This document shows, in pieces, positions 26,256-34,871 of a DNA stretch of 64,000 bases. The DNA lies in contig CAXTPS010000006.1 in NCBI GenBank assembly GCA_964246305.1, positions 97,338 through 161,337 of the forward strand. The letters run 5' to 3'. The position numbers were made by a program, and so were the translations under genes. Every line of letters begins with the position of its first letter. Position 1 is the stretch's first letter. The notes beneath the pieces are model-generated. The model was given only the letters and a program-made list of their open reading frames with translations. It was not told where the DNA came from and ran no database searches. This DNA comes from an uncultured Pyrinomonadaceae bacterium. GTDB taxonomy: Bacteria; Acidobacteriota; Blastocatellia; Pyrinomonadales; Pyrinomonadaceae.

Positions 26256-27668
26256 CTATTCCGAAACCGCTTCGTCTTGCGTGATGACATCGTCCACGAT
26301 GGCGTCGTCCACGTTTCTCAGTCCAAACTTTTTCAGCTTGCGATAGAGCGTCGGGCGATGCAGGTCGAGTATCTCCGCGGTCTTCTTGACATTGCCGCCA
26401 GTGCGGTCGAGCGTCTGCGCGATGGCTTCGCGCTCGATCTCTTCGAGGGTCATAAAGGGCGGGATGACGCAGAGGGTCGAAGAGGTGCGGCTGCCCTGTA
26501 GCTCTTCAGGGAAATTCTCAGGCATGATCTGCGGCGTCTGGCAAAAGAGCACTGCGCGCTCAAGCACGCTCTCCAACTCGCGTATGTTGCCCGGCCAATT
26601 GTAGCGCGAGAGGACTGCGAAAGCCTCCTGCGAGATGCCGCGTATCTGCTTGTTATATTTTTCGCTGTAACGTATCAGAAACCGCTCGGCAAGGAGAGCG
26701 AGGTCTTCATGTCGCTCACGAAGCGGCGGCACTTTTAGCTTGATCGTGCTGATGCGAAAGTAAAGGTCTTGTCTGAAAGTTCCCTCCTGCGAAGCCTTCA
26801 CTGTGTCGCGGTTCGTCGCGGAGACGAGACGAAAATCAACATTGATTTCATGCTCATCTCCCAGACGACGCAGCTTGCGCTCCTGCAAGACGCGCAGGAG
26901 TTTCGTCTGCAAGTGCAGGGGCATCTCCGCTATCTCATCAAGCAGCAGAGTCCCGCCCGCCGTCGCTTCGATCAAGCCGCGCTTGTCGCGGTCTGCCCCC
27001 GTGAACGCGCCCTTCTTGTAGCCGAAGAGTTCGGATTCGATCAGCTCTTGCGGAATCGCCGCGCAGTTGATGCGTATGAAGGGACGATCCGCGCGATTGC
27101 TCTCCATGTGAAAAGCTGTGGCGATAAGCTCCTTGCCAGTCCCCGACTCGCCTTCGATCAAAACGGAAGCGTCGGATTTGGCAGTGGCGCGAATCGTCTC
27201 ATAAATCTCAAGCATCTTCCGGCTGCGACCGATCATCCCGAAAGCCTCGCTCTCGTCGGCCAGCGTGCGCTTGAGCTGTTTGTTCTCGTTGCGAATCTTG
27301 CCGAACTCCGAAGCGCGCTCGGCGAGCATGATGACCTGATCGGGCGTGAAAGGTTTTTCGATGTAGTAGTACGCGCCGCGCTTGATGGCCTCGATGGTCA
27401 CGTCGAGCGAGCCGTGCGCCGTCATCAGTATCACTTCCGTTTCGGGATTGTCCGCCTTGATGTGCGAGATCAAATCAATCCCGCTCGTGTCCGGCAGACG
27501 CAAATCCGTGAACACCAGATCGAACGGCGGCCCGTCAAGCAACCGCTTCGCCTCCGCCCCGTCAGCCGCCGTCTTGACCTCGCACGCATGCTCGCTCAAG
27601 ATCATTTCAAGAGCATCCCTCACGCTGCTCTCGTCGTCAATAACGAGGATTCTGCAACCAGTTATCAT
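26256..27668 (-). CDS. sigma-54-dependent response regulator (NtrC family: REC-AAA+-Fis HTH)
   Basis: The REC domain has ILVIDDE...DLVFTDLRLPD. The AAA+ domain has GESGTGKELIA, the GAFTGA loop (KGAFTGAD) and ESELFGY. The C-terminal HTH is NVKKTAEILDLHRPTLYRKLKKF. Confidence 0.9.
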   Translation of the reverse strand: MITGCRILVIDDESSVRDALEMILSEHACEVKTAADGAEAKRLLDGPPFDLVFTDLRLPDTSGIDLISHIKADNPETEVILMTAHGSLDVTIEAIKRGAYYYIEKPFTPDQVIMLAERASEFGKIRNENKQLKRTLADESEAFGMIGRSRKMLEIYETIRATAKSDASVLIEGESGTGKELIATAFHMESNRADRPFIRINCAAIPQELIESELFGYKKGAFTGADRDKRGLIEATAGGTLLLDEIAEMPLHLQTKLLRVLQERKLRRLGDEHEINVDFRLVSATNRDTVKASQEGTFRQDLYFRISTIKLKVPPLRERHEDLALLAERFLIRYSEKYNKQIRGISQEAFAVLSRYNWPGNIRELESVLERAVLFCQTPQIMPENFPEELQGSRTSSTLCVIPPFMTLEEIEREAIAQTLDRTGGNVKKTAEILDLHRPTLYRKLKKFGLRNVDDAIVDDVITQDEAVSE

Positions 27669-27687
27669 GCTTCATACATCCTTTGCT

Positions 27688-29211
27688 TCACTTACCGGCG
27701 GGCAATTCTATCTCAATGCGTGTGCCGTGTCCTTCGCGGCTCTCGACACGGATTGCGCCCTGATGTTGTTCGATGATCTTTTTCGCGTAGGGCATGCCGA
27801 GCCCTAAGCCTTGCGCCTTCGTGGTGTAGAACGGCTCGAAGACGTTTCTGACCTGCTCGTCGCTCATCCCTTTGCCGGTGTCCGTGATCGTGATCAGCAG
27901 GGCATCGTCTCTCACAACGGTCTTGACAGTCAACGCGCCGCCCCCTTGCATGGCCTGAATCGCGTTGAGCATGAGATTCATGAGCGCGGCGTGAATCGAA
28001 GCCTCGTCAAGCATGCCGACGGGCGCGGGCGACGTGAGTTCGAGTTTGACAGAGATGCTATTGGCCGTGCTCTGCGGCTCAAGCAGTTGCGCCATGTCGC
28101 TCACGACGGTGTTGAGGTCTACGCGTGTGAGGTTCATGTTGATGGGGCGCGCGAAGCTCAGAATCTGTTCGGTCGTTTCGGTCAGGCGTCCGATGCCGTC
28201 CGCGATCTTGTTGACGATGTCCATCTCGTTGTCTGCCAATTTTCCGGCGACTTTGTTTTTGAGATGGAGCGAGTAGAGGCGCAGGCCGGCGAGAGGATTT
28301 TTGACTTCGTGCGCGACCTGTGCGGCGGCGCGACCGAGCGCGGCTATCTTCTCGTTATGCGTGAGCCGTTCCTGCATCTGCCGCAACTCTTCTTCGGCAG
28401 CTTTGCGCGCCGTGACATCGTTGAGGAGCGCGAGTCCGGCCTTGTGCCCGTCGAAGTCGAGCGTGTGCGAGCTGACCTCAACGTCAATCAGCGTGCCGTC
28501 TTTTTTTCGATGCCGCCACGGGCCGGACTGCGCCTCGAACTCTTCGCGGGTCTGCGCCAGATCGTCGAGCAGCGCGGGCACGTCTTCGAGCGGGCGTATG
28601 TCCTTGAGGGTCATCGCTAAAAATTCCGCTCTCGAATAACCGTAATGGCGCATCGCCGCTTCGTTGACGGCGAGAAAACGGAGCGTGTCGTAATCGAAGA
28701 CCCACATCGGCTGCGGATTACTCTCGAAGAGCAGGCGATAACGCTGTTCGGATTCGCGCAGCTCAGCCGTGCGTCCGGCGATTGTAGTTTCAAGCTGCTC
28801 CGTATGTTTTTTAAGCTGCGCTTCGAGATCGAGCTTCTCATCGCTGAGCCGCTTGTGCTCGACCGCGCGCGAAACTATTTTGATAAGCGTGTCTTTACGA
28901 ACGGGCTTGGAGATAAAATCGTAAGCTCCGGCGCGAATGATGTCCGGCATCTGCGAGATGTTCGGCTCGCCCGTAATCATGATGACGGGCAGGCGCGGCG
29001 CGCGGCTACGCAGCTCTTTGAGCAGCTCTATGCCGCTCTTGCGCGGAAGGATAATATCAATGACGGCGACATCGAGTTCGTGCTGCTGGAAGATTTCGAG
29101 CGCGCTCTCGAAATCCGAGGCGGTCAGCGCGTCATAGCCTTCGCGCTTTAAAAATTCCGCCATCGTCCAGCGAATGTTCGGCTCGTCATCGACCAACAAG
29201 ACTGTCGGCAT
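27688..29211 (-). CDS. hybrid sensor kinase: N-terminal REC + PAS + HisKA + HATPase_c
   Basis: The REC domain has VLLVDDEP...DVAVIDIILPRKSG. The PAS domain has RYRLLFESNPQPMWVFD. The H-box is AAQVAHEVKNPLAGL. The G-boxes are DTGKGM and GLGLGM. Confidence 0.9.
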   Translation of the reverse strand: MPTVLLVDDEPNIRWTMAEFLKREGYDALTASDFESALEIFQQHELDVAVIDIILPRKSGIELLKELRSRAPRLPVIMITGEPNISQMPDIIRAGAYDFISKPVRKDTLIKIVSRAVEHKRLSDEKLDLEAQLKKHTEQLETTIAGRTAELRESEQRYRLLFESNPQPMWVFDYDTLRFLAVNEAAMRHYGYSRAEFLAMTLKDIRPLEDVPALLDDLAQTREEFEAQSGPWRHRKKDGTLIDVEVSSHTLDFDGHKAGLALLNDVTARKAAEEELRQMQERLTHNEKIAALGRAAAQVAHEVKNPLAGLRLYSLHLKNKVAGKLADNEMDIVNKIADGIGRLTETTEQILSFARPINMNLTRVDLNTVVSDMAQLLEPQSTANSISVKLELTSPAPVGMLDEASIHAALMNLMLNAIQAMQGGGALTVKTVVRDDALLITITDTGKGMSDEQVRNVFEPFYTTKAQGLGLGMPYAKKIIEQHQGAIRVESREGHGTRIEIELPAGK

Positions 29212-30739
29212 ACTCTCTCTCCCGTGTTGGAACTGCCGGCAGCTCGACTATGAAACGAGTGAAACTGCCTTCCTCGCTCTCGACCGAAATCGTCCCGCCG
29301 TAATCGCGTATGATGCCGAAGCTCAGGCTCAGGCCGAGACCCGTCCCGCCATGATCGCGGCGCGTGGTAAAGAACGGATCGAAAATCTTATCGAGGTCTT
29401 CTTTCCTGATACCCGTGCCGCTGTCGTAGAACTCGATGCGGACGACCTGCTCCGCTCCAGCGCGTGCGACGGCGCGTGCTGTGATGCGAAACAGTTTCTC
29501 TTCTCCCGCCTTCGCCTTGAGCGCGTGCTGCGCGTTGCTGATCATGTTGACGACGACCTGACGCAGGCGCGAGCCGTCGGCTTTGACCGGAGGCAGATTT
29601 TCGGCCACGTCTATCTCAACTTTGATGCCGCCCTTTTCCAGTTGATGTCCGAAGAGCGAGGTCGAGTTATTGATAATCTCCGCGATATTGACGCGCGACA
29701 ATTCGTGCGCGTCGCGTCGCGCGAACGTCAACAGGTTGCGAACGATTTTCGTAATCCGCTCGCCCTCATCTATGATTCCGTCAATCAGACGCGATTCAAA
29801 ATCCGTGCGCTGCTTTTCTTCATCCTTGAGAAGCTGCGCGAAGTTGATGATGCCGTTGAGCGGATTGTTAATCTCGTGTGCGACGCCTGCGGAAAGCTCG
29901 CCGATTGAGGCCAGCTTGGAGGATTGAAAGAGCTGCCGCTGCATCTCCGCCTTCTCGGCTTCGAGCCGCTTGCGCTCTGAAAGGTCACGTATGATTAAGA
30001 TGATCAGACGCTCTTTGCCCGTCGCCAGCGTGCTGAATGAAGCGGAGACGGGTACGGTCGCGCCGACCGGAGTTTGAATCTCTAACTCCTGCTCGCTGGA
30101 TTCGGACTCGGAGCTGACGACGAAGGCCGCGAGGCGCGCATAAAGCTCCGCCAGCATGCCCCTGATCGGACATTGATAAAGCTTTCTAAGATCAAGCTCC
30201 GGCAGTTGCCCGGCATTTGTTTGAACGATTGTTTCGTCGATCCACTTCGACAAGCTTTCGGAGATCGTGCCGTCCGGGTTGCGCTGTGCCAGCTCGCGCA
30301 CGTTTCTGCCGGTCAACTCTTGCGGCCCGTAGCCCAGAATCTCGCCGAACTTGCGATTGACCTGCACGATTTTGAAATCGGGAACCGAGACGACGCCGAT
30401 GCCGTCGTTGGCATGCTCAAAGAGCAGGCGGTAACGCTCTTCGCTCTCGCTCAACTTGCGCTGCTGGCGGCGCACGACTCCGAGCAGGAGCGTGACGACG
30501 ATGCTGTCCACCGTGACGGAGATGAAGAAGTGTTCGGTGCGCTGTTGAATCAGGCGACGCCGCTCGGTATTCTCGACGCCCGGATAACGCGTATCCACCC
30601 AAGCATAGAATGGATTGAGCAGAACTTTCTCCCACGTCAGGATGACCGCGATGGTGAGCGTAGTGGTGAGGAGGATGAAGAAGAGAATAATCTTTAGATT
30701 GTTCTTCTCGTTAACGATGAAGCCCTTAGGCATGCTCAT
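29186..30739 (-). CDS. membrane sensor histidine kinase (2 TM + PAS + HisKA + HATPase_c)
   Basis: The PAS domain has RYRLLFEHANDGIGVV. The H-box is AGVAHEINNPLNGI. The G-boxes are DSGTGI and GTGLGLS. The start is ambiguous (30766, 30739 or 30733). The stop overlaps the next gene by 26 nt. Confidence 0.85.
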   Translation of the reverse strand: MSMPKGFIVNEKNNLKIILFFILLTTTLTIAVILTWEKVLLNPFYAWVDTRYPGVENTERRRLIQQRTEHFFISVTVDSIVVTLLLGVVRRQQRKLSESEERYRLLFEHANDGIGVVSVPDFKIVQVNRKFGEILGYGPQELTGRNVRELAQRNPDGTISESLSKWIDETIVQTNAGQLPELDLRKLYQCPIRGMLAELYARLAAFVVSSESESSEQELEIQTPVGATVPVSASFSTLATGKERLIILIIRDLSERKRLEAEKAEMQRQLFQSSKLASIGELSAGVAHEINNPLNGIINFAQLLKDEEKQRTDFESRLIDGIIDEGERITKIVRNLLTFARRDAHELSRVNIAEIINNSTSLFGHQLEKGGIKVEIDVAENLPPVKADGSRLRQVVVNMISNAQHALKAKAGEEKLFRITARAVARAGAEQVVRIEFYDSGTGIRKEDLDKIFDPFFTTRRDHGGTGLGLSLSFGIIRDYGGTISVESEEGSFTRFIVELPAVPTREREYADSLVGR

Positions 30740-30885
30740 CCCCCTCCAGACCCGATAGCCCGTCATCTTCGTAAGCTTAGGCTTGATCTAATTTTTAATT
30801 GATTATCCATCGAATTGGCAAGGCCAGAAAAAGTTTCGGTGAAATCCGTGTGAAGAACTGAGACCCTTGGAAGGATAAAATCAAC

Positions 30886-30914
30886 TTGGCTGCGTTCTAT
30901 AAGTGAGATAATAT
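30886..30914 (+). promoter_or_regulatory. candidate sigma-70-type promoter for the WD40-caspase gene
   Basis: TTGGCT-N17-TAATAT lies about 120 nt upstream of the ATG at 31035 in an AT-rich divergent spacer. Confidence 0.3.
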
Positions 30915-31034
30915 TTGATGACTGGAATATCAGTTAACCCGGCTCATCTTATTTTGAGCGGGCGTGTCGAATAGAAAGAACCGTTCACTAACTCACGTGA
31001 ATTTGATCTCGATTAAACCACCAAAAAGGTCGAT

Positions 31035-33962
31035 ATGAATTGGAGCATTCGTTTAACCGCGAGCAAGGTCTTAGCGGGGCTGGTCTTGTTGTTGGTTGTC
31101 CAGCCAGGCGTCAGCGCGCAAGAGCCATTGCGCGAACCCGTGCTGCGTATCGAGACGGGAAAGCATACTGACACTATCTCAAGGATTAGCGTAGACGCCG
31201 CCAATCGTTTTCTCGTGACTGCCTCTCATGATAAGACGGCGCGGGTCTGGGAGCTTCCCACAGGGCGACTGTTGCGCGTCCTACGTGTGCCGATTGGTGC
31301 GGGACCAGAGGGCGAACTGTATGCCGCCGCCATCTCGCCCGACGGGATGACCATCGCCACCGGAGGATGGACGGGAAACGAATGGGACGGGAGCTTCTAT
31401 ATTTATCTCTTCGACCGAGAGAGCGGGCATCTCGTCCGACGCGTGGGCGGATTTTCTAACGTGGTTAAAGACCTGGCTTACTCTCTTGATGGGCGCTATC
31501 TAGCAGTTATGCTCGGCAGCGATCAAGGCGTCCGTGTTTATTCGACTGCGAATTACGCTCTGGCGGGCGAGGACGGGGTTTATGGCGATTCCAGCTACAA
31601 CGCCAATTTCGACCACGCAGGGCGACTGGTGACGACTGCCAGTGATGGTTATGTACGTCTGTACGCTCCGCCCGGCAGTGGGTCTTTGCGCCTGCTTAGC
31701 AAATGGAAAGCGGCGGACGGTCAACGGCCATTTGAAGCAACCTTTGCTCCCGATGGCTCGCGCGTGGCTGTCGGGTTTGTGCATTCAACTAAAGTGATCG
31801 TGCTTTCGGGAAACGATCTGGTTCCGCTATATGCGCCCGACCATTCCGGCTTCGAAGACTGCGATTTGGGTAATGTCACATGGTCGATTGACGGTCGCAC
31901 GCTGTACGCTGGCGGAACGTGCGCTGACGCCGATAATCACAAATACATACGTGCGTGGGCTGACGAGGGGCGCGGCGGTTATCGTGATCTTATTAGCGGA
32001 GCCAGAAATACCATCATGGACATGTTCACCTTGAGCGATGGCAGCATCGCTTACGGCACTGGAGGCTCCACCATTGGCGTCATAGACGAGAAAGGCACGC
32101 AGAAGCTTTATATCAAGGGAGACCTTGCCGACTACAGAGACAATAAGCTGGGTCTGCTCCTCTCGCCCGATGGTGCGGCCTTCGGATTCAGCTATGAACA
32201 GTACGGCAAATCTCCCGCAGAGTTTTCCCTCGCCGAGCGCAGATTAGATAGCGCACCCGTTTCCAAAGATTTGCGTCCTCCTATAACAGAAAACAGTAAT
32301 TTGCGTATCACTGACTGGAATGGGTCTTACACGCCGAAATTGAACGGTCATCCTTTGTCCTTGTCGTTTGCTCTGAGGGAGTGGTCGCGCAGCGTCGCTA
32401 TCGCGCCGGACGCCGGCTCATTCCTGCTCGGGACTGAATGGGGACTACATCTTTTCGACCGTCAGGGCAAAGAACTCTGGAAAGTCAATATGCCCAGCAT
32501 CGCATGGGCTGTAAATATCTCGGGCAACGGGAAGCTGGCGGTCGCGGCGTTCAGTGACGGCACGATTCGTTGGTACGACATCAGGAACGGCAAAGAGCTG
32601 CTGGCCTTCTTTCCGCATCAAGACCGCCAGAGATGGGTCATGTGGACGCCCTCAGGCTATTATGATGCCTCGCCCGGCGCGGAAGACCTCATCGGCTGGC
32701 ACGTCAACCACGGGCGCGTGGCAGCCGCAGACTTCTTCCCTGCCGGACAATTCCGCGAAACCTTCTACAGACCCGATGTCATCGCTAAGGTTTTAGAGAC
32801 CGGCGATGAAGCCAGAGCCTTGCAAGCGGCTAACGAAGAGGCCGGACGTAAGGAGCCGCAAGCAAAAATCGCTTTGCGGTTGCCACCCGTCATTGAAATC
32901 GTCACACCCTCCGATAACGCGACGGTCTCCAGTTCCGAAGTAACTTTGCGGTATCGCGTGCGCTCGCCGTCAGGCGAGCCGCTGACAGGCGTCCGCGCTT
33001 TGATTGACGGGCGTCCGGCAGTTCAGCCCAGGCCGCTTCCGGCTCAGCCGGATGCAGGGGCTGACGATATACATGAGATTAAAATTCGAATGCCCGCACG
33101 TGACAGCGAGGTTTCCCTCATCGCCGAAAACCGCTTCGCGGCGAGCACGCCCGCGACCATCAGCCTGAAATGGCGTGAGGCGGCGGCGAACGCCGCCCGC
33201 GCGGAAAGCTCAGGAGGCAAACCCAGTTTGTACATTCTGGCTATCGGGGTAAGCAATTACGCGGATCCGAAATACAATTTGAAGTTCGCAGCTAAAGATG
33301 CGGGCGATTTCGCCAATGCGATGACGGGTCAGAAACACCTGCTCTACCGCGATGTGATTGTCAAGACGCTGACCAATGAGCAGGCGACCAAAGGCGAAAT
33401 TCTGAAAGGGATAAAATGGATTAGCAAGGAGACGACGAGCAACGACGTGGCGATGATTTACTTCGGCGGGCACGGCGTCAACGACCGGAGCATTTACTAC
33501 TTTTGCCCGTATGACATCAATCCGAAAAACTTGACCCTCACCGGCATCGCCTTCTCCGATATGAGAAGCAACGTCTCGTCCATCGCCGGTAGAATTATCT
33601 TTTTCGTTGACACTGGACACCCCGGCAATTCGGTCGGAGAGGGCGGGCGGCGCGGCAGGCTCGACCTGAATCTCTTCATCAACGAGATGTCGAGCGCGGA
33701 GAACGGGGTCGTTGTCTTCTCCGCTTCGTCAGGCAGCGAGTCTTCTTACGAGCGCGCGGAATGGAATAATGGGGCGTTCACCAAAGCTCTGGTCGAAGGC
33801 ATCAACGGAGCCGTCTACCTTTCCGGCAAGGGGAGCGCAACCTATTCGATGCTGAATTCTTACATCTCAAGCCGGGTCAAAGAACTGACTGAAGGCCGGC
33901 AACGCCCGACGATGATTTCTCCTCAGACGGTACCGGATTCTCCCATCGCGGTGAAGAGATAG
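31035..33962 (+). CDS. secreted WD40/beta-propeller repeat protein with C-terminal caspase-like (peptidase C14) domain lacking the catalytic Cys
   Basis: The signal peptide is MNWSIRLTASKVLAGLVLLLVVQPGVSAQE. WD40 repeats are present (ASHDKTARVWELPTGRLL, SDGTIRWYDIRNGKEL). The C14 domain has LYILAIGVSNYADPKYNLKFAAKDA and IYFGGHGV (His present). At the Cys position, 48 aa after the His, it reads FFVDTGHPG, where DxCxxG is expected. Confidence 0.9.
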   Translation: MNWSIRLTASKVLAGLVLLLVVQPGVSAQEPLREPVLRIETGKHTDTISRISVDAANRFLVTASHDKTARVWELPTGRLLRVLRVPIGAGPEGELYAAAISPDGMTIATGGWTGNEWDGSFYIYLFDRESGHLVRRVGGFSNVVKDLAYSLDGRYLAVMLGSDQGVRVYSTANYALAGEDGVYGDSSYNANFDHAGRLVTTASDGYVRLYAPPGSGSLRLLSKWKAADGQRPFEATFAPDGSRVAVGFVHSTKVIVLSGNDLVPLYAPDHSGFEDCDLGNVTWSIDGRTLYAGGTCADADNHKYIRAWADEGRGGYRDLISGARNTIMDMFTLSDGSIAYGTGGSTIGVIDEKGTQKLYIKGDLADYRDNKLGLLLSPDGAAFGFSYEQYGKSPAEFSLAERRLDSAPVSKDLRPPITENSNLRITDWNGSYTPKLNGHPLSLSFALREWSRSVAIAPDAGSFLLGTEWGLHLFDRQGKELWKVNMPSIAWAVNISGNGKLAVAAFSDGTIRWYDIRNGKELLAFFPHQDRQRWVMWTPSGYYDASPGAEDLIGWHVNHGRVAAADFFPAGQFRETFYRPDVIAKVLETGDEARALQAANEEAGRKEPQAKIALRLPPVIEIVTPSDNATVSSSEVTLRYRVRSPSGEPLTGVRALIDGRPAVQPRPLPAQPDAGADDIHEIKIRMPARDSEVSLIAENRFAASTPATISLKWREAAANAARAESSGGKPSLYILAIGVSNYADPKYNLKFAAKDAGDFANAMTGQKHLLYRDVIVKTLTNEQATKGEILKGIKWISKETTSNDVAMIYFGGHGVNDRSIYYFCPYDINPKNLTLTGIAFSDMRSNVSSIAGRIIFFVDTGHPGNSVGEGGRRGRLDLNLFINEMSSAENGVVVFSASSGSESSYERAEWNNGAFTKALVEGINGAVYLSGKGSATYSMLNSYISSRVKELTEGRQRPTMISPQTVPDSPIAVKR

Positions 33963-34047
33963 CGACCGCGCGGAAGACACAGCAAGTCATGGAGAAGCGC
34001 GCAGAGCTGCCCACACGATCTTCAACGCGAGGGGGAATCCAGCGGCA

Positions 34048-34275
34048 TCAGCGATTGTTGGGCGCGACGGAGACGAAGCCCGCGCGGTGCTCGTTGTCGC
34101 GCACTTCCCAGACTACCGCGATTTTATCAATCGCCACATAGCACATCTGCTGCTCGTCATCCCTCAGATGCAGCACGCTGGCCTCTACTTTTATCACTTC
34201 GCCGCGCAGGCTCGACGCGCCGCCGCAGAAAATGTCTATCCGCCGCCCGATCATCCGCGAAAGAAATTCTTGCAT
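34048..34275 (-). CDS. small hypothetical protein (75 aa), Sm-like/DUF2642-like beta-barrel pattern
   Basis: IGRRIDIFCGGASSLRGEVIKVEASVLHLRDDEQQMCYVAIDKIAVVWEV. The family assignment is tentative. Confidence 0.45.
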   Translation of the reverse strand: MQEFLSRMIGRRIDIFCGGASSLRGEVIKVEASVLHLRDDEQQMCYVAIDKIAVVWEVRDNEHRAGFVSVAPNNR

Positions 34276-34295
34276 GATTCACTCCTTTAAAAGCC

Positions 34296-34379
34296 GTGAT
34301 AGGTAATGGGTGATAAGAGAAGACAGGATTTTTCCTATCACCCATCACTCATCACCTGCTTTTCCTATCACCTATCACC
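34296..34379. repeat. intergenic hairpin built from GGTGATA / TATCACC words (copy 1)
   Basis: gtgataggtaatgggtgataag...cctatcacccatcactcatcacc...cctatcacctatcacc. It overlaps the last codons of the YkgJ-like gene. Confidence 0.8.
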
Positions 34380-34850
34380 GTTCTTCTCTTTCCATTCCCA
34401 GATTTTCTCGCTGCCGTTGCTGTTCGAGACCACCTTCTTTTTGACTTCGCGGAAAGTGATCTGGACGAGCGGCAACACGTTCGGGTCATCCTGTTGCCTG
34501 CGCTCGAATTGAAGCAGGTCGTAATAAGAGCAGCGCGAGCGGTCTGGATATTCGCGGCAGACGGCAGGGCGCGCGTGATAAATACCGCAACCGCGCGTCT
34601 CCTCGTTGAGAAACTGGCACGTCTCTTCAAAGATGACATCCTTCTTGCGACGCAGGACGCGCTCGCCGCTGTGCATCTTGGTGTAACGCTTGGTCGCCGT
34701 CTCGACGCTCACGCCGAAATGCTTTGCGAGACGGTTGATGTCTCTTTTGTTCACAGCCACGCGCTCGTAGATCGAGCAGCAGTACGCAGGACATTTGGAA
34801 CAGTCGAAATAGATACGCGGCTGCTCATCAGTTATTTTTTTGCTCCCCAT
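34368..34850 (-). CDS. YkgJ-family cysteine-cluster (CxxCxxCC) protein
   Basis: YFDCSKCPAYCCSIY...TCQFLNEETRGCGIYHARPAVCREYP. Confidence 0.8.
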   Translation of the reverse strand: MGSKKITDEQPRIYFDCSKCPAYCCSIYERVAVNKRDINRLAKHFGVSVETATKRYTKMHSGERVLRRKKDVIFEETCQFLNEETRGCGIYHARPAVCREYPDRSRCSYYDLLQFERRQQDDPNVLPLVQITFREVKKKVVSNSNGSEKIWEWKEKNGDR

Positions 34851-34871
34851 CCCTTCGCCCTTATCCCTTCA

